64,000 nt of DNA from Orbicella franksi (lineage: Eukaryota). The notes under the pieces were generated by a model. It searched no databases. It was not told the DNA's origin and worked only from the letters and a program-made list of their open reading frames with translations. The position numbers and the translations under genes are program-made. The stretch covers positions 2,232,001 through 2,296,000 of the forward strand of contig OZ116699.1 of the NCBI GenBank assembly GCA_964199315.1, in the 5' to 3' direction. Each line of letters opens with the position of its first letter. The first letter of the stretch is position 1. This document shows positions 1-11,704 of this stretch, piece after piece.

Positions 1-104
1 TTAGATCTTTTTTTTCTAAGAGTCTCCATTTTACATTAACGTGGTTTTGACAGTTTTTCGAAAAGCCCCCATTAGCTCATTTAAATTGTTTTCACAGCCT
101 TTGC

Positions 105-510
105 ATGGTCCCCCTTTTTAATTTACATGTTTTTAACAGGCTATTTACAGTCCCCCACTGCACCCGTGCAACTTCTAGGTTTTCCATTTACATGGTTTTT
201 ACATGTTTCTTACAGGCTCCCTTTCTTTCATTTACATTGTTTTTACATGTTTCTTACAGGCCCCCTTTTTTCATTTACATGTTTCTTACAGGCCCCCTTT
301 TTTCATTTACATGGTTTTTACATGTTTCTTACAGGCCCCCTTTTTTCATTTACATGGTTTTTACATGTTTCTTACAGGCCCCCTTTTTTCATTTACATGG
401 TTTTTACATGTTTCTTACCGGCCGCCTTTTTTCATTTACATGGTTTTTACATCTTTCTTACAGGCCCCCTTTTTTCATTTACATGGTTTTTACAGGGTTA
501 CAAACATAAC
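105..510. repeat. Tandem minisatellite, ~42-bp unit (TTTTTTCATTTACATGGTTTTTACATGTTTCTTACAGGCCCC), about 8-9 copies including one internally deleted unit
   Basis: Unit read directly at ~225, 265 (short), 297, 339, 381, 423 and 466; it explains the three overlapping repetitive ORFs 105..610. Confidence 0.9.
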
Positions 511-849
511 ATTTCCAGACTTTTTACAGCATTCGCTTGAATTATTTACATGTTTCTTACGTGGTTTAGCAAAGCAATTTACATGTTTTTTACAAAGGCA
601 GATACTGTAAAAGTGCGTAAAATATTTTACAGGTTTTTACATGTTCTTCAAATGGTCATTGTCGACAAAGACAATGTAAATCACTATTTACAGAACATTT
701 ACATGCTGTACTAAAAGCTGTAAATTTCCTGTAAATTTATTTTACAAAACCCTAACATGTAAATTGTAATTTACAAAGAATGTAAATCAATATTTACATG
801 CTGTAAATTAAAATTGACATGTCCATGTAAATTTTCAACTTTTCCAGTG
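510..849. repeat. TTTACA/TGTAAA-rich degenerate repeat ending in TTTCCAGTG; possibly the right end of a CACTG-terminated non-autonomous DNA transposon
   Basis: Dense TTTACA(TG)/CATGTAAA motifs on both strands stop abruptly at CAGTG (845-849); no matching left end found in the window. Confidence 0.35.
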
Positions 850-2281
850 ACCGGAACTGTGGATTAGGGATAACACTGATGCCGTAATTCTACAACTTAA
901 TTGATCTTTTATGATCTCTTTTGATCTGTAGAATTTCTCCAGCCGTTTCTCGAAGGAAACTTATTTTACGTGAGGAGGAGAGTCGATGAATTTTCAATGC
1001 AAAAGTCACGAAATCGATCATCAAGAATTTTAAACGAAAGTGTAAACAAGAATACTTTTCAATGTCAATTTGCAAGACAAACAGGATAATTTTTTTTTTC
1101 CAGGTAAAAACAGCAAAAATCAGTTCAAATGAGAACCTTATCGTAGGAGCTTAAGGGACTACCTTCAGTCCGCAAATTAATTTCAAACTAGTGCGGCTTT
1201 TATCTTTATTAATATTTGCTTTAACAGCGTATTTCTGGGTAAAGCGGTGACTCAATTTGAAGAAGATAAGCTTGACTATTTTTTTTCCAATGCCGTTCTC
1301 GTTGTATACGTAAGCGTTATGTCGTCCCTTAATAGTTTTTGGCGCGTTGTAACACTCCATTGATTTTATTTCTTTATGTTTCCTCCGGCTAATTCTCTTT
1401 TGATTTGCCGAGCTTCACAGTAGTCGATCTTCTTTTTCTTTAGAAAATCCAATGACATTACGTGTACTACCGACAGCTTTGTCTACAAAGAGCCACGAAG
1501 TTGATTCTTTGGTTTGGTGGTGTATTTATGATATTTCAGTTATGTCGCCGGTTTATTGCAAATGTCAGCTCATGGTTATTCACTTTATCACATTTACAAT
1601 TAAGCGAAATTTCAAACACACACAACAAGACGTGCTTTTCATCCATGTCCGCAATTTTTTTGTCTTTTTTTCGTTATTATTATTATTCAAGACGAAATCT
1701 GCTGAAGCAGCCGATTGCGATCGTGAAATATGGAAGATCGATTTTCGCGATCAATCTTTTGTTTTCTACTGCGTTTTCAATTCAGTGCAAATTTCCAACT
1801 TTTCATAAACAAACGCCGTCACTTAAAAATAAACAAAAGAAAATAGTATTCATTATTTTGGTACAAACTGATATGTAAATACCATTCTGTCAAGCGCTGC
1901 GGCAATTTGTCCGCAAGGTGGACTATATTTTACAATTGAGTCGTCAATCCATTCAATATCTACGTCAGAGAAGTAATTTCAACTTCCTTGTGCGTAATAG
2001 TTCTATACATGTGGAAGTTATCCGCTTCGTTTCGTGAATTTTCTCTGAGCTAAAAATACATATATCATATGGTTTATAATAACTTGACGTAGGATCTGTA
2101 TTGAACTGCTAACGGGTTCTTCCGAGATATTTCACAACGGTGAAGTTGGCACAACCGAACGCAGCAAGGTCTCTACAACATCTGGGCCTTAAGAAAGATT
2201 ACCATAAACGAATTTCAGTTTGTACAACTAATTCTTGGGGAAACTATCTCGTCGTTGTTGACAAGGAACTCAGTGTTCACA

Positions 2282-3244
2282 ATGGAAGCGAACGTGTCTC
2301 AGCCCAACGAATCCCGAGCGGTTTTTCCCAACACTCTGATGAACCGTTCGATGGGTCAAGTGCTTGCAGATGTTGGACCTCTCTTCCTCATAAACCTAAC
2401 AGCTCTGTTTGGAAATACGCTGCTCTGCATCGCTTTCTTAAAGAACAACCACCTAAGATCGGTAACAAACATGTTTGTTTTAACGCTGGCCGTCAGTGAT
2501 ATTATCATGTCGCTTACCTGTATGCCACTATCAGAAGGATCTCTCATTGCCGGAGAATGGATCTTTGGAGATCTTCTTTGCCACATTCAAGGATTTCTCG
2601 CCCACTTTTTGGCGTTTCTTTCGCTTCAAATGATGGCAATCACTGCTGTAAATCGATACTTTCGAGTCATAAAACCAGATTTGTACAAAAAGATCTTCAC
2701 CCCTGGCTACACAACTTTGATAATACTCTCCGCAAGTTTGCTGTCCGTCGGGATTTTGGGAAGCATAACGTTCGCGCAGCATGGGAACTTGTTCGTGTTC
2801 CACCCTGGTAAGACAATCTGCGTCAATTTGTATCGTAGCTTAATAAGCACCCAAATATACACCATCTTCTCCAGCGTTACGTTCGTCTTTCTACCTGCCA
2901 TAGTGATCGTATGGTGTTATGTCAAGGTCTTTAGGTCCATCAGAAGGCACTTTCGACGATTGGCCGCCAGAAAGATGTCCCGTGCATCTATTAACAGCAT
3001 AAATCCAGCAGAGATTGTTGTCACTCGCACTGTGTTTGCAATCGTCTTAGCATTTTTTATTTGCTGGATTCCTTGCATTGTTATTGATTTGGTGGACATC
3101 ACGAGAGATGAATGGTTCGACCGCCGAGTGTACCTGGCGTACACTTATTTTGCCTACACCTCCAGCGCCATAAACCCCATCATTTACGGCATCATGAACA
3201 GGTCGTTCCGAGTGGAATACCTAAAGCTCCTAAGATGTCGCTGA
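2282..3244 (+). CDS. Intronless class A GPCR, melatonin-receptor-like orphan (320 aa)
   Basis: Seven hydrophobic segments; GN in TM1, LAVSD in TM2, NRY at the end of TM3, CWIP in TM6, NPIIY in TM7. First ATG at 2282 (the ORF-track start at 2255 is TTG). Confidence 0.9.
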   Translation: MEANVSQPNESRAVFPNTLMNRSMGQVLADVGPLFLINLTALFGNTLLCIAFLKNNHLRSVTNMFVLTLAVSDIIMSLTCMPLSEGSLIAGEWIFGDLLCHIQGFLAHFLAFLSLQMMAITAVNRYFRVIKPDLYKKIFTPGYTTLIILSASLLSVGILGSITFAQHGNLFVFHPGKTICVNLYRSLISTQIYTIFSSVTFVFLPAIVIVWCYVKVFRSIRRHFRRLAARKMSRASINSINPAEIVVTRTVFAIVLAFFICWIPCIVIDLVDITRDEWFDRRVYLAYTYFAYTSSAINPIIYGIMNRSFRVEYLKLLRCR

Positions 3245-4941
3245 AAACGGGAGATTGAACTCGCTGATTTTTCTTATTATCTGATCCAGGCTTTGAAATG
3301 AAAATAGATTTGTTAACAAATTGCCCTGCTTCGCTGGAATCGATGTTTTTACCTTGGCTATGGACAGTGTTAGCCTACACGGCTGCGGACATGAATTCAT
3401 CACCAAATTAAGTCCACGTTTTTCTTGTTAGGATAGCTAGATGTTTAAGGATTCAAACATATACTAACTCAGACAGAAAATTACATGTAGCTATAACAGA
3501 AGATATTTCTTTTTCATCCAAGCTATTTATGCGTAACATTTTAAATAATTATTTTAACTTGACAAAGGCTACTGTAAAGCCAAGAAAATGTTATACTTAT
3601 GAGATGGACAGGCTAAATAATTAATCTTAATCTGAATTTGTGACTGAATTTAAAAAACGCATATGGTCAAAAAAAAAGGTTCGTTCTCGAGCTTAAACGG
3701 ATGTAATATTTGGCCGGCGTAGTAATAAAAAGGACCAATTAAAGTATGTTGATATTGTTAGTCCAACTCGAAACAATCATCAACAAGTAAAAGCAAACAT
3801 ATCATTAAAACATTTCTCTCAATTTCTCTTAAAAAGACTCAGTTAGCCGCTTTCATTATATCATTATATTTAGCCTTTGCTACCAAAGAATTTTTGAATT
3901 CTACTCTTTGGATCGATGCAACTAAGGATCAGGCCGGTTACTTCAGCAGGCAACGACAAAATAAATTGGTTCGTTATGAGCAGCGAGTTACGATGCTAAT
4001 ACAACTTGTATTCCACTGACAGGTTTGCGTGCACCTGGCATTTGACAGTTTTAATTGAGGCCGTTTTGCTAGCATTACTAGTGAACGTCCTTAAATGTGA
4101 ATTTAAACTAGAATCTGTGCAGCCGGCATACAACGCTGTTCATGATAGAATCCGGCCAAAATATCAAGGATATTCTCCCCACATACATGTATTGTTCTGG
4201 ATTAATTTTCCTCGTTTTAAGCATACATTAGTAGATAAAGTATATCGCTTAACCAAACCTGAAAACCTCAGCAAACATTGGAAACTGGAGCAGCGTTAAC
4301 TTGAAAGCCTTAGTCGGAATATAGAACGCGATTAAGTTTTTGCGGGCTAAGCAGAAATAGGAATAAGTTATTTTTCTTTTTTATGAATAAAGATTTGTGT
4401 TTGAAAGTCCTCTTTCTTGAGCGGAAATCACTCAGAAAGAAAAGGCCTAAAAACACTCTCGTTGCCAATTCGCTCCAGCTTGTTGTCTTAAAAGCCTTTT
4501 TCTTTTTTTTATCAGAGCATCATTGTGTAGATTTGACATGATAGGCATCCAATATTACACACGTATCTTAATGTTGTATCACTTTGACACAGTTGTACAC
4601 CTGCCCTGTGCGTGACAAAAATACGTTCGCCGAACAAACAACTCTCAGCTTTTAAACAACTCTACTTGACTGAATTGAAACTTTCATGTTGTGGTTTCGT
4701 GACCTTACACCATAAACCTCTTTTTGAATAACACACAAACATGAAGGAGCACTTTCTAAATGGCAAAAGTGTTATAGAGTACTGATCCTTTCAATGCAAT
4801 GCTGTTAATACGCACTTTTTGTCATTCATCTTTAGACTATCATACCTGATGCACTTAACAATCAATGTATGTTAATATTTTAGCATTTCATACCCCATTT
4901 TACAAAAATATAAAAACCCAATGATAACGTCTGGTTCTTCA

Positions 4942-5171
4942 TAGACTGCAAAACAATCGTATTTTTTGCGAACGCGAGCGACGGTTAATATTCGAACGAA
5001 AGGTCTGGAGCTAGTATAAAAACGGCGAAGGAGAATGGGGAGAGACGCTAAAAAATTTTCTCGCCTCACACGCCCTACGGGCGTATGAGGCTCGCACGCT
5101 TCACACGCTAGAATCGCGCTCACGGCGCTCGCGCCTTCCGAAACGTCCGAAAACGACTGTTTTGCAGTCTA
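4942..5171. mobile_element. Non-autonomous DNA transposon (230 bp) with TAGACTGCAAAACA TIRs and a 9-bp TSD
   Basis: Begins TAGACTGCAAAACAATCGT and ends ACGACTGTTTTGCAGTCTA; GGTTCTTCA is duplicated at 4933-4941 and 5172-5180. Confidence 0.9.
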
Positions 5172-6148
5172 GGTTCTTCATCATCATCGTCATTTTTATC
5201 TTCTACTCCTTCGTGAAGTCTTCATACTTTCGTGAAGTCTTTATACTTTTAGGATTCATAAATAATTTACCCTTGAATGAAACTGTGCCACAACACAGAT
5301 TTGCGCTTTCTCCCGCTTAACACGGGCGTCTTTTACACCAGTTCTTAAATTTGTCGTTCCCAGTCGCTTTCTCACCCGTGACTGTGATCTCAAATTACCC
5401 TCTCAGCCATTCACGGTACTATCCAGATTAGATCATCTTTTCTAGTACATGTACTTTTCCTGTTACGGTTTAGCGATGTTACCGAGTCCAATTTATAATG
5501 TAGACAGTCAGTTAAATGTTTGCACGATCTAATAGTATTTAAAGCGTTCACAATTTTCTCTTCACGCATTCCCAATTTCTCAGTAAATTTAGCTATGCTA
5601 TGCTAGTTATAACTATTTTTGTAATACTATAAGAATGTAATAAATACAATATGCAGTATCAAGATTCAATGTTGCACATCTCCTACAGCCGAGGAGCAGA
5701 GCCTGCATAACCCGCCGCTGGAGATTGATATCAGTGATACAAAATCCCACTAGGAACCTTACTTTGATACCAAAACTCAGGTCATGAAGTCATTTTAAGG
5801 CAGAGCAGAGCTGTTCTAAAAACGACGAAAAGAGAAGACCCACGTGACTGCCAAGGATGAGGTGGTCGAAGCAAGCTAACAGCTCTGTCATTTGCACCCA
5901 ACTTGATTTCGTTCCCCAGATATTCCCCGTTGCCAAATTCGAAATGGAGATATTAGTCCAGCTGTGAAGCCAAAAATCGTTCACTTTGTGATAAAAGCAT
6001 GAAACTTGGCAGGATGACACACTTTTAGATATGGATCATCTTCTGATATTGGGCCAGCGACCAAACGCCTTTTGAAAATGATAATTAGTCACTCTTCCAT
6101 GACTTTAGTCAACATTGCAACGATTCTAAATCAAAAATGAATGACAGA

Positions 6149-6481
6149 NNNNNNNNNNNNNNNNNNNNNNNNNNNNNNNNNNNNNNNNNNNNNNNNNNNN
6201 NNNNNNNNNNNNNNNNNNNNNNNNNNNNNNNNNNNNNNNNNNNNNNNNNNNNNNNNNNNNNNNNNNNNNNNNNNNNNNNNNNNNNNNNNNNNNNNNNNNN
6301 NNNNNNNNNNNNNNNNNNNNNNNNNNNNNNNNNNNNNNNNAGGAACGAAGANNNNNNNNNNNNNNNNNNNNNNNNNNNNNNNNNNNNNNNNNNNNNNNNN
6401 NNNNNNNNNNNNNNNNNNNNNNNNNNNNNNNNNNNNNNNNNNNNNNNNNNNNNNNNNNNNNNNNNNNNNNNNNNNNNNNNN
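6149..6481. other. Assembly gap(s): N runs 6149-6340 and 6352-6481 separated by an 11-bp repeat island
   Basis: Runs of n in the sequence. Confidence 0.99.
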
Positions 6482-6760
6482 GAACGAAGGTACGAAAGAA
6501 CGAACGAACGAAGGAACGAATGAAGGAAGGAACAAAGGAACGAAGGAACGAAGGAACAAAGGATGGAGCGAAGGAACGAAGGAAGGAACGAAGGAACGAA
6601 GGAGCGAAGGAAGGAGCGATGGAACGAAGGAACGAAGGAACGAAGGTACGAAGGAACGAAGGAACGAAGAACGAAGGAACGAAGGAACGAAGGAACGAAG
6701 GAACGAAGGAACGAAGGAATGAAGGAACGAAATAACGAAGGAACGAAGGAACGAAGGAAT
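6482..6760. repeat. (GGAACGAA)n imperfect microsatellite adjoining the gap
   Basis: 8-bp unit repeated with variants; source of the spurious RSFVPSF and EGTKERRN ORFs. Confidence 0.95.
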
Positions 6761-8929
6761 GATCTCCCACGTTACACCGATAGTGACTTTAAAGAACTGG
6801 CCTTTTCAGTCAGGAATTGTAACTTTACAAGATATACACTTTAGCATTGCCAGATCAACGACAAACCGTAACAATTCCAATTTTATTTAGCAGAACAATT
6901 TTTTCGTGAATAATGATTTTTTGTTCATCTTGATTGTTAAGCATTGTTTTTAACACCTTTACGTCCCTCTGCAAGAGTTTATAGTTTCATTATTGCTCGT
7001 GCAGTTCCATTTTAATGATCACAATTGTATTTGCATTAAATACGCTAGAATTTATAATTTAGGTTTATCAGCGAATTAGCAGACTTCACTTTTAACAATA
7101 TTCGGTGAAGTAAAGTTTCGTACTGTTTAGTCATTATGTCATGCTACCCCCCCCCCCCCAAATCTAAATATATTCATCCGCGTGAAGCAATGCGACCGCG
7201 CTCGACAGGTGGCAAGTAAACCCCTATAACGATATGCCACTGTGCTCACGACAAGCGATAAATTGTCCAGGAATATCTGCGGCTTACAGGCTGCGGGAAA
7301 CTTTGTCGAAGGTTATTTAAAGAAAATTATCAGGAAACTCAGAGGAAAATGATTTTTTTTTCTATGCGAAAGAAGAACTTACGAATAAAAGAAAATGTTC
7401 TTATCATTCCACTTTAAAACAACCGGCGCCAAACTTACTACCTGTCTTTTGTTCCGTTATTCAAAAACATCAGCTAATAACTGCTTCGGGCAATTTGAAA
7501 GAAGACACCAACCTGTTTTTGTAATACCTTGTTTATATTTGCAGTACATTAGTATTGCCAGGCAATATCAGTGCTGCTGTAAAAAGGCTTACTCTTAGAT
7601 TTCGCTTTAACTCTAAAAATATGATATTTACAACTATTAGAACAATAAAAAGGGACAACATGTAACCAAGATCCGCTGTGTATCGTGAGAAAACTTTTTG
7701 ATACTGTTTATAAGAACATATTTTATAACAACATATCGAAGATGAAATTTGATAAATTCTAAGAATATTTTAATGATACACCTGAGGGTGCTGTTGGGAA
7801 TTTGAAAAGAATATGATTTTGTGTTTGGAAAATTTGTAAATACAATACTATGATCATATGTTTTAAACTAAACCGTATAAAATTCTTTCTTTCTTTAAAC
7901 TGCAAAACTAGCCAAAAAAAAAACAATCTCAGCACCAACTGCATGTTCGATGTTAATGACATTTCTGCAAGACGTTATGTGTGTCTATTCAGACTGAATT
8001 GTCTGAAGTCTACCTCCTAAATTATTTCAACGTCAATAAAATCATTATAGGATAGATAATCAGACGTTGTGTCAGCATAGTTCACTTTGTATTTCTTTGA
8101 ATAATCTTAGAATATCTACGAGAATATTTTTAGCCTATAATCGGCAGAAAAATAAGAATACTTGGACTGGGCCGGAAAAAGGTATTCTTGTTAAAAAAAG
8201 GAGTGAGGCCTTTTTCACCGTAAATTTTTCTTTTTTGCTTTGCTATAAAATTCAATGAAAATGCGAGGAAGGTTCAGATAGGACCTGTAAAATTACCAGA
8301 AATTGCCTCCGTTCACATATTATGATGCAAATAAGAAAAAATAATGGTGAAAAGGGCTATTATGCAAGGCAATGTTTACATGTTTTGATTATTTTGTCTT
8401 ATTTTGAGGCACTGAACTAAAACGTAGGTTAGGTTGAACTCAAAAATGAGTTAAATTTAATAAGTTGTGTTCCATATGTGAAAAATGCCTGGTCACCGTT
8501 ATGCATTTTTGTGCTAAATTCAGCTTTAAAACGATAACTTTAGTCATAAATAAAAGGCGATTTACCAAAGATGCCATTAGTTTATTAATTAAAAACAGAA
8601 AAATATTCATGTCACAGTTTTATTTTGTTATGTTTAACTTTATTAAATGCTGGAAAAAATTGAGAAATTAGTATTCTACAACCGAGACGAAAGCAAGCAC
8701 TGCAAGGAATTATTTTTGCGAATACCATTTATAGCAAAGCACGAGTTCCCACATTTGAATGGTATCGTGTTCCTAAGTGATACACTTTCCTGCACCTGCT
8801 ATCTCTCCGCAAACTTAGATCAACAGATGCTTAATTACGTCCTTATAATTATTCCACTTTAATTAAAACATTTATGCTTTCATCGCACTTTATCAAGCGT
8901 TCCTCTGTGAAGACAGAAAACTACAGAAC

Positions 8930-11704
8930 ATGCATCTCTGGATGCTAACCCTTGTCTGCACGACTGTGTACGGCATTAGCCGTATTTCACAGCCAGATTT
9001 GAAAGCTGTCAACTTTGCAAAAGCAATAGCGGGATATAAGCTCAATGGAAGAGTGATCAAGGAAATAGAAGTTGATTCCGAACTTTCATGTCAGCTTGCG
9101 TGTGTTGGTGAAGAGAAATGCCAGTCTTACAACTTTGGACCCACCAATGGCACAAATACTACAAAGAAAAACGCTGAAATATTCAGGTGTCAACTGAGCG
9201 ACTCAGATCGATTTGTTGGCTTTGCAAACTTCGCCAAAGATAAAGAGTTTATTTATAAAGAGCGCCAGGTAAAAATAAATTTCAATTTTTTAAAACATTT
9301 GAAATTTAACTTACAACCAAATGAATGGTCTTTCATGACTGCTAAGACCCTAAATTTCTACATAAAAACTTTGTCTTTAGGATGAATTGAACAAAATAAA
9401 ATCCATATCAAACAATATCAGGCAATTTAAGTAATATAGCTTTATTTCACTAAAAGGGGAAAGCAAGCTTCGCGCAGTGGGCTCCCATCCTATCAATGGG
9501 TCGAGTTTGTTCAGTTTGTCCTTCGGTTTTACTCCTTCCACAAAATCTGACATTTCTAAGTTTCAATTAGACCAAGCAATCAGAAAATACCGGAAGATCC
9601 AGCTTTCTTAGAGCATAATGATAACAGCGAAGGTAGCAAAACTAAAATATCAATAATTATTTTACACAGAGTGCCTGTGAGACGGACAGTTCCCCTTGTG
9701 GTGACAAAGGAATCTGCATCCCCAACTATCAAGATGACACCGTGCAATGCAAGTGCAATGATGGATTCATAGGAACGCCTTGCAGTACGTAAGAACTTGG
9801 CATGCAGGAATATAGTTTTTGAATAAGGAAATGACATTATTTATTTCTTGCTTTAACAGAGCCCATCAAAAGCTGTTCCAAACTCATTCAATTTGGTTTG
9901 ATATCCAGTGGCGTGTACCCAATTAGTCTAGATGGCGGCAAACCAATACAAGTGTTGTGTGACATGACCACGGATGCTGGAGGTTGGACAGTTTTTCAGC
10001 GACGTTTAGACGGCTCTGTTGACTTCTATCTTGGTTGGGAATCCTACAAAAACGGGTTTGGAGATCTGAACGGCGAGTTCTGGCTCGGAAACGACAATCT
10101 CCACCATCTGACAGCTACTGATGATGTCATACTGAGAGTTGACCTGGAAGACTTTGAAGGAAACATCAGATACGCTGAGTACACGACTTTTAAGGTGGCA
10201 GACGAGGCAGATAAGTACCGGCTTTTGATTGGAGGATACAATGGTACGGCTGGTGACTCGATGGCACTCCATAAGTAAGTAATATTTATGCATTTTCCGT
10301 ATATTACGAAGGATTCGTTTTGGGCAACTGTACACTTAGCTTTTAAGGTTGCTGGCAACAATTTTCAACTTTCAAGCAATAATACTTTGACTGGTCAATA
10401 TTACCACACTTTAACAAGTGATGGTATTACATTGATAGCAAACAATGGTTGTGGTCATCCTCTGGAAATAATAGGCTGCATAGCAACGATATAACCCGTT
10501 AACCCTTAATTTTACCTTTAAGTGCATATAATTCAAAGAAGGCTTGGTGAGGCCCATTTTTTATTATATCGAGTTGTGATAAGCATTCTAAAATACAACT
10601 TTTTTCCAACATTATGTCGATAGGTTTCAGACCCACGTTAAATTTTCGAAAGTTTGAAATGCCTCTGAAACTAACATTCTAAATTTTTGGAAGTTTTTGA
10701 ACTTTCTAGTTTACTCTTTGACTTAAATGTTGGCTCAGGTTTTCCTAAGTTTTTCTATTGTTTTTATTATTTTATTGTCATTATTATTGTTATTATTTTT
10801 CTCTCAGTTGAATTTAACTTTAGATATCCTATCTCCGTGGCTCTCATCATAAATAAATAAATTAATTTTTTTAAAAAAATCGGCTCTGCTTCGCTTCTTT
10901 AAAAATATACATGCTATATACAAGCGTTCGCGTCATTATGATTAGTTTTGTTTTAATTTGTCGAAGGAAAACATAGCTACATGTAGCTGCTTCCCAAGGG
11001 GCCGGCAATTTCAAAAGTGTTTTTTCACACAGCTAGATTTTAGTGTAAACTACATGAGGCAAGAGGAGTTACCCCTAAGCCAAAGTAACTTCTAATTAAT
11101 GGGAGAGTGGGCGAAAGTTGCTTAACTGTTGCCCACCGAGTGACATTTAGATCTAGCCATTGCCACCTTACTGTGCTTGAATCAGCCAATGAGAGCGCGC
11201 GTTAGATTCAACTAATGTCCAGCTAAATAACAAAAACAAATTGAATTCCATGTTAAAGCAGAAGTTCAGATAATGCTTTTAGTCGACACGATAAGTATTG
11301 CTTTCGATGATCCTCGTTGGTGGTTTGACTGTTTGTTTATTTGTTTGTTTGTTTGTTTGTTTGTTTTTTGTGTGTGTGTGTTGGTCACCCTGTATCTTGG
11401 TATGAATTTCACATATTGACAGGTGTGGTGTCCATGATGTAACATACAAACAATCTGTCATTTTTCTTTTAGTGGTATGCAGTTTTCTACGAAAGATAAC
11501 GACAATGACCAAGATAGTGGCCTCAACTGCTCACAAACATTCAAAGGAGCCTGGTGGTACTATCATTGCCATTCCTCCAATCTTAACGGCGTTTACCTTA
11601 ATGGTTCACATTCTTCTTATGCCGATGGCGTCGAATGGTCCACGTTCAGAGGTCTCCACTATTCTCTGAAACGCACAGAGATGAAAGTTAAAACCAAATT
11701 CTAG
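8930..11704 (+). CDS. Secreted PAN/Apple-EGF-fibrinogen C-terminal (FReD) protein, copy 1 (366 aa); exons 8930-9268, 9670-9784, 9860-10274, 11473-11704
   Basis: Signal-peptide-like N-terminus; PAN motif SCQLAC..KCQSYNF..CQLSDSD; 6-Cys EGF exon; FReD motifs [40 protein letters not shown]. All introns are GT-AG with matching phases 0/1/2; 1101 nt in total. Confidence 0.9.
9470..9572 (+). mobile_element. Degenerate SINE-like fragment in FReD intron 1 (paralogous copy ~25105-25240)
   Basis: Resembles from memory an abundant anthozoan SINE-type repeat (..GGGTTGAGTTTG..CTCCCTCCACAAAAACC..TTCAATT); no database check was possible. Confidence 0.4.
11331..11380. repeat. (GTTT)n plus (TG)n microsatellite in FReD intron 3 (degenerate paralogue ~27005-27068)
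   Basis: Read directly. Confidence 0.85.

Noticed and set aside
105-510. Possible CRISPR-like array
   Set aside because: Units are contiguous with no unique spacers, there are no cas genes, and the context is eukaryotic.
105-610. Three overlapping 134-137 aa ORFs
   Set aside because: They are translations of the 42-bp tandem repeat, which lacks stop codons.
2282-3244. Opsin identity for the first GPCR
   Set aside because: The TM7 position equivalent to the retinal-binding Lys is Tyr (FAYTSSAINP).
6126-6844. ORFs rich in RSFVPSF / EGTKERRN
   Set aside because: Microsatellite and N-gap translations.
9785-9794. Alternative donor GTAAGA at 9789 for FReD exon 2
   Set aside because: It gives phase 2 and a frameshift; GTACGT at 9785 matches the phase-1 acceptor and the paralogues.
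10006-10361. Minus-strand ORFs over FReD exon 3 (also 21011-21277 and 25522-26033)
   Set aside because: Antisense shadows of real exons.
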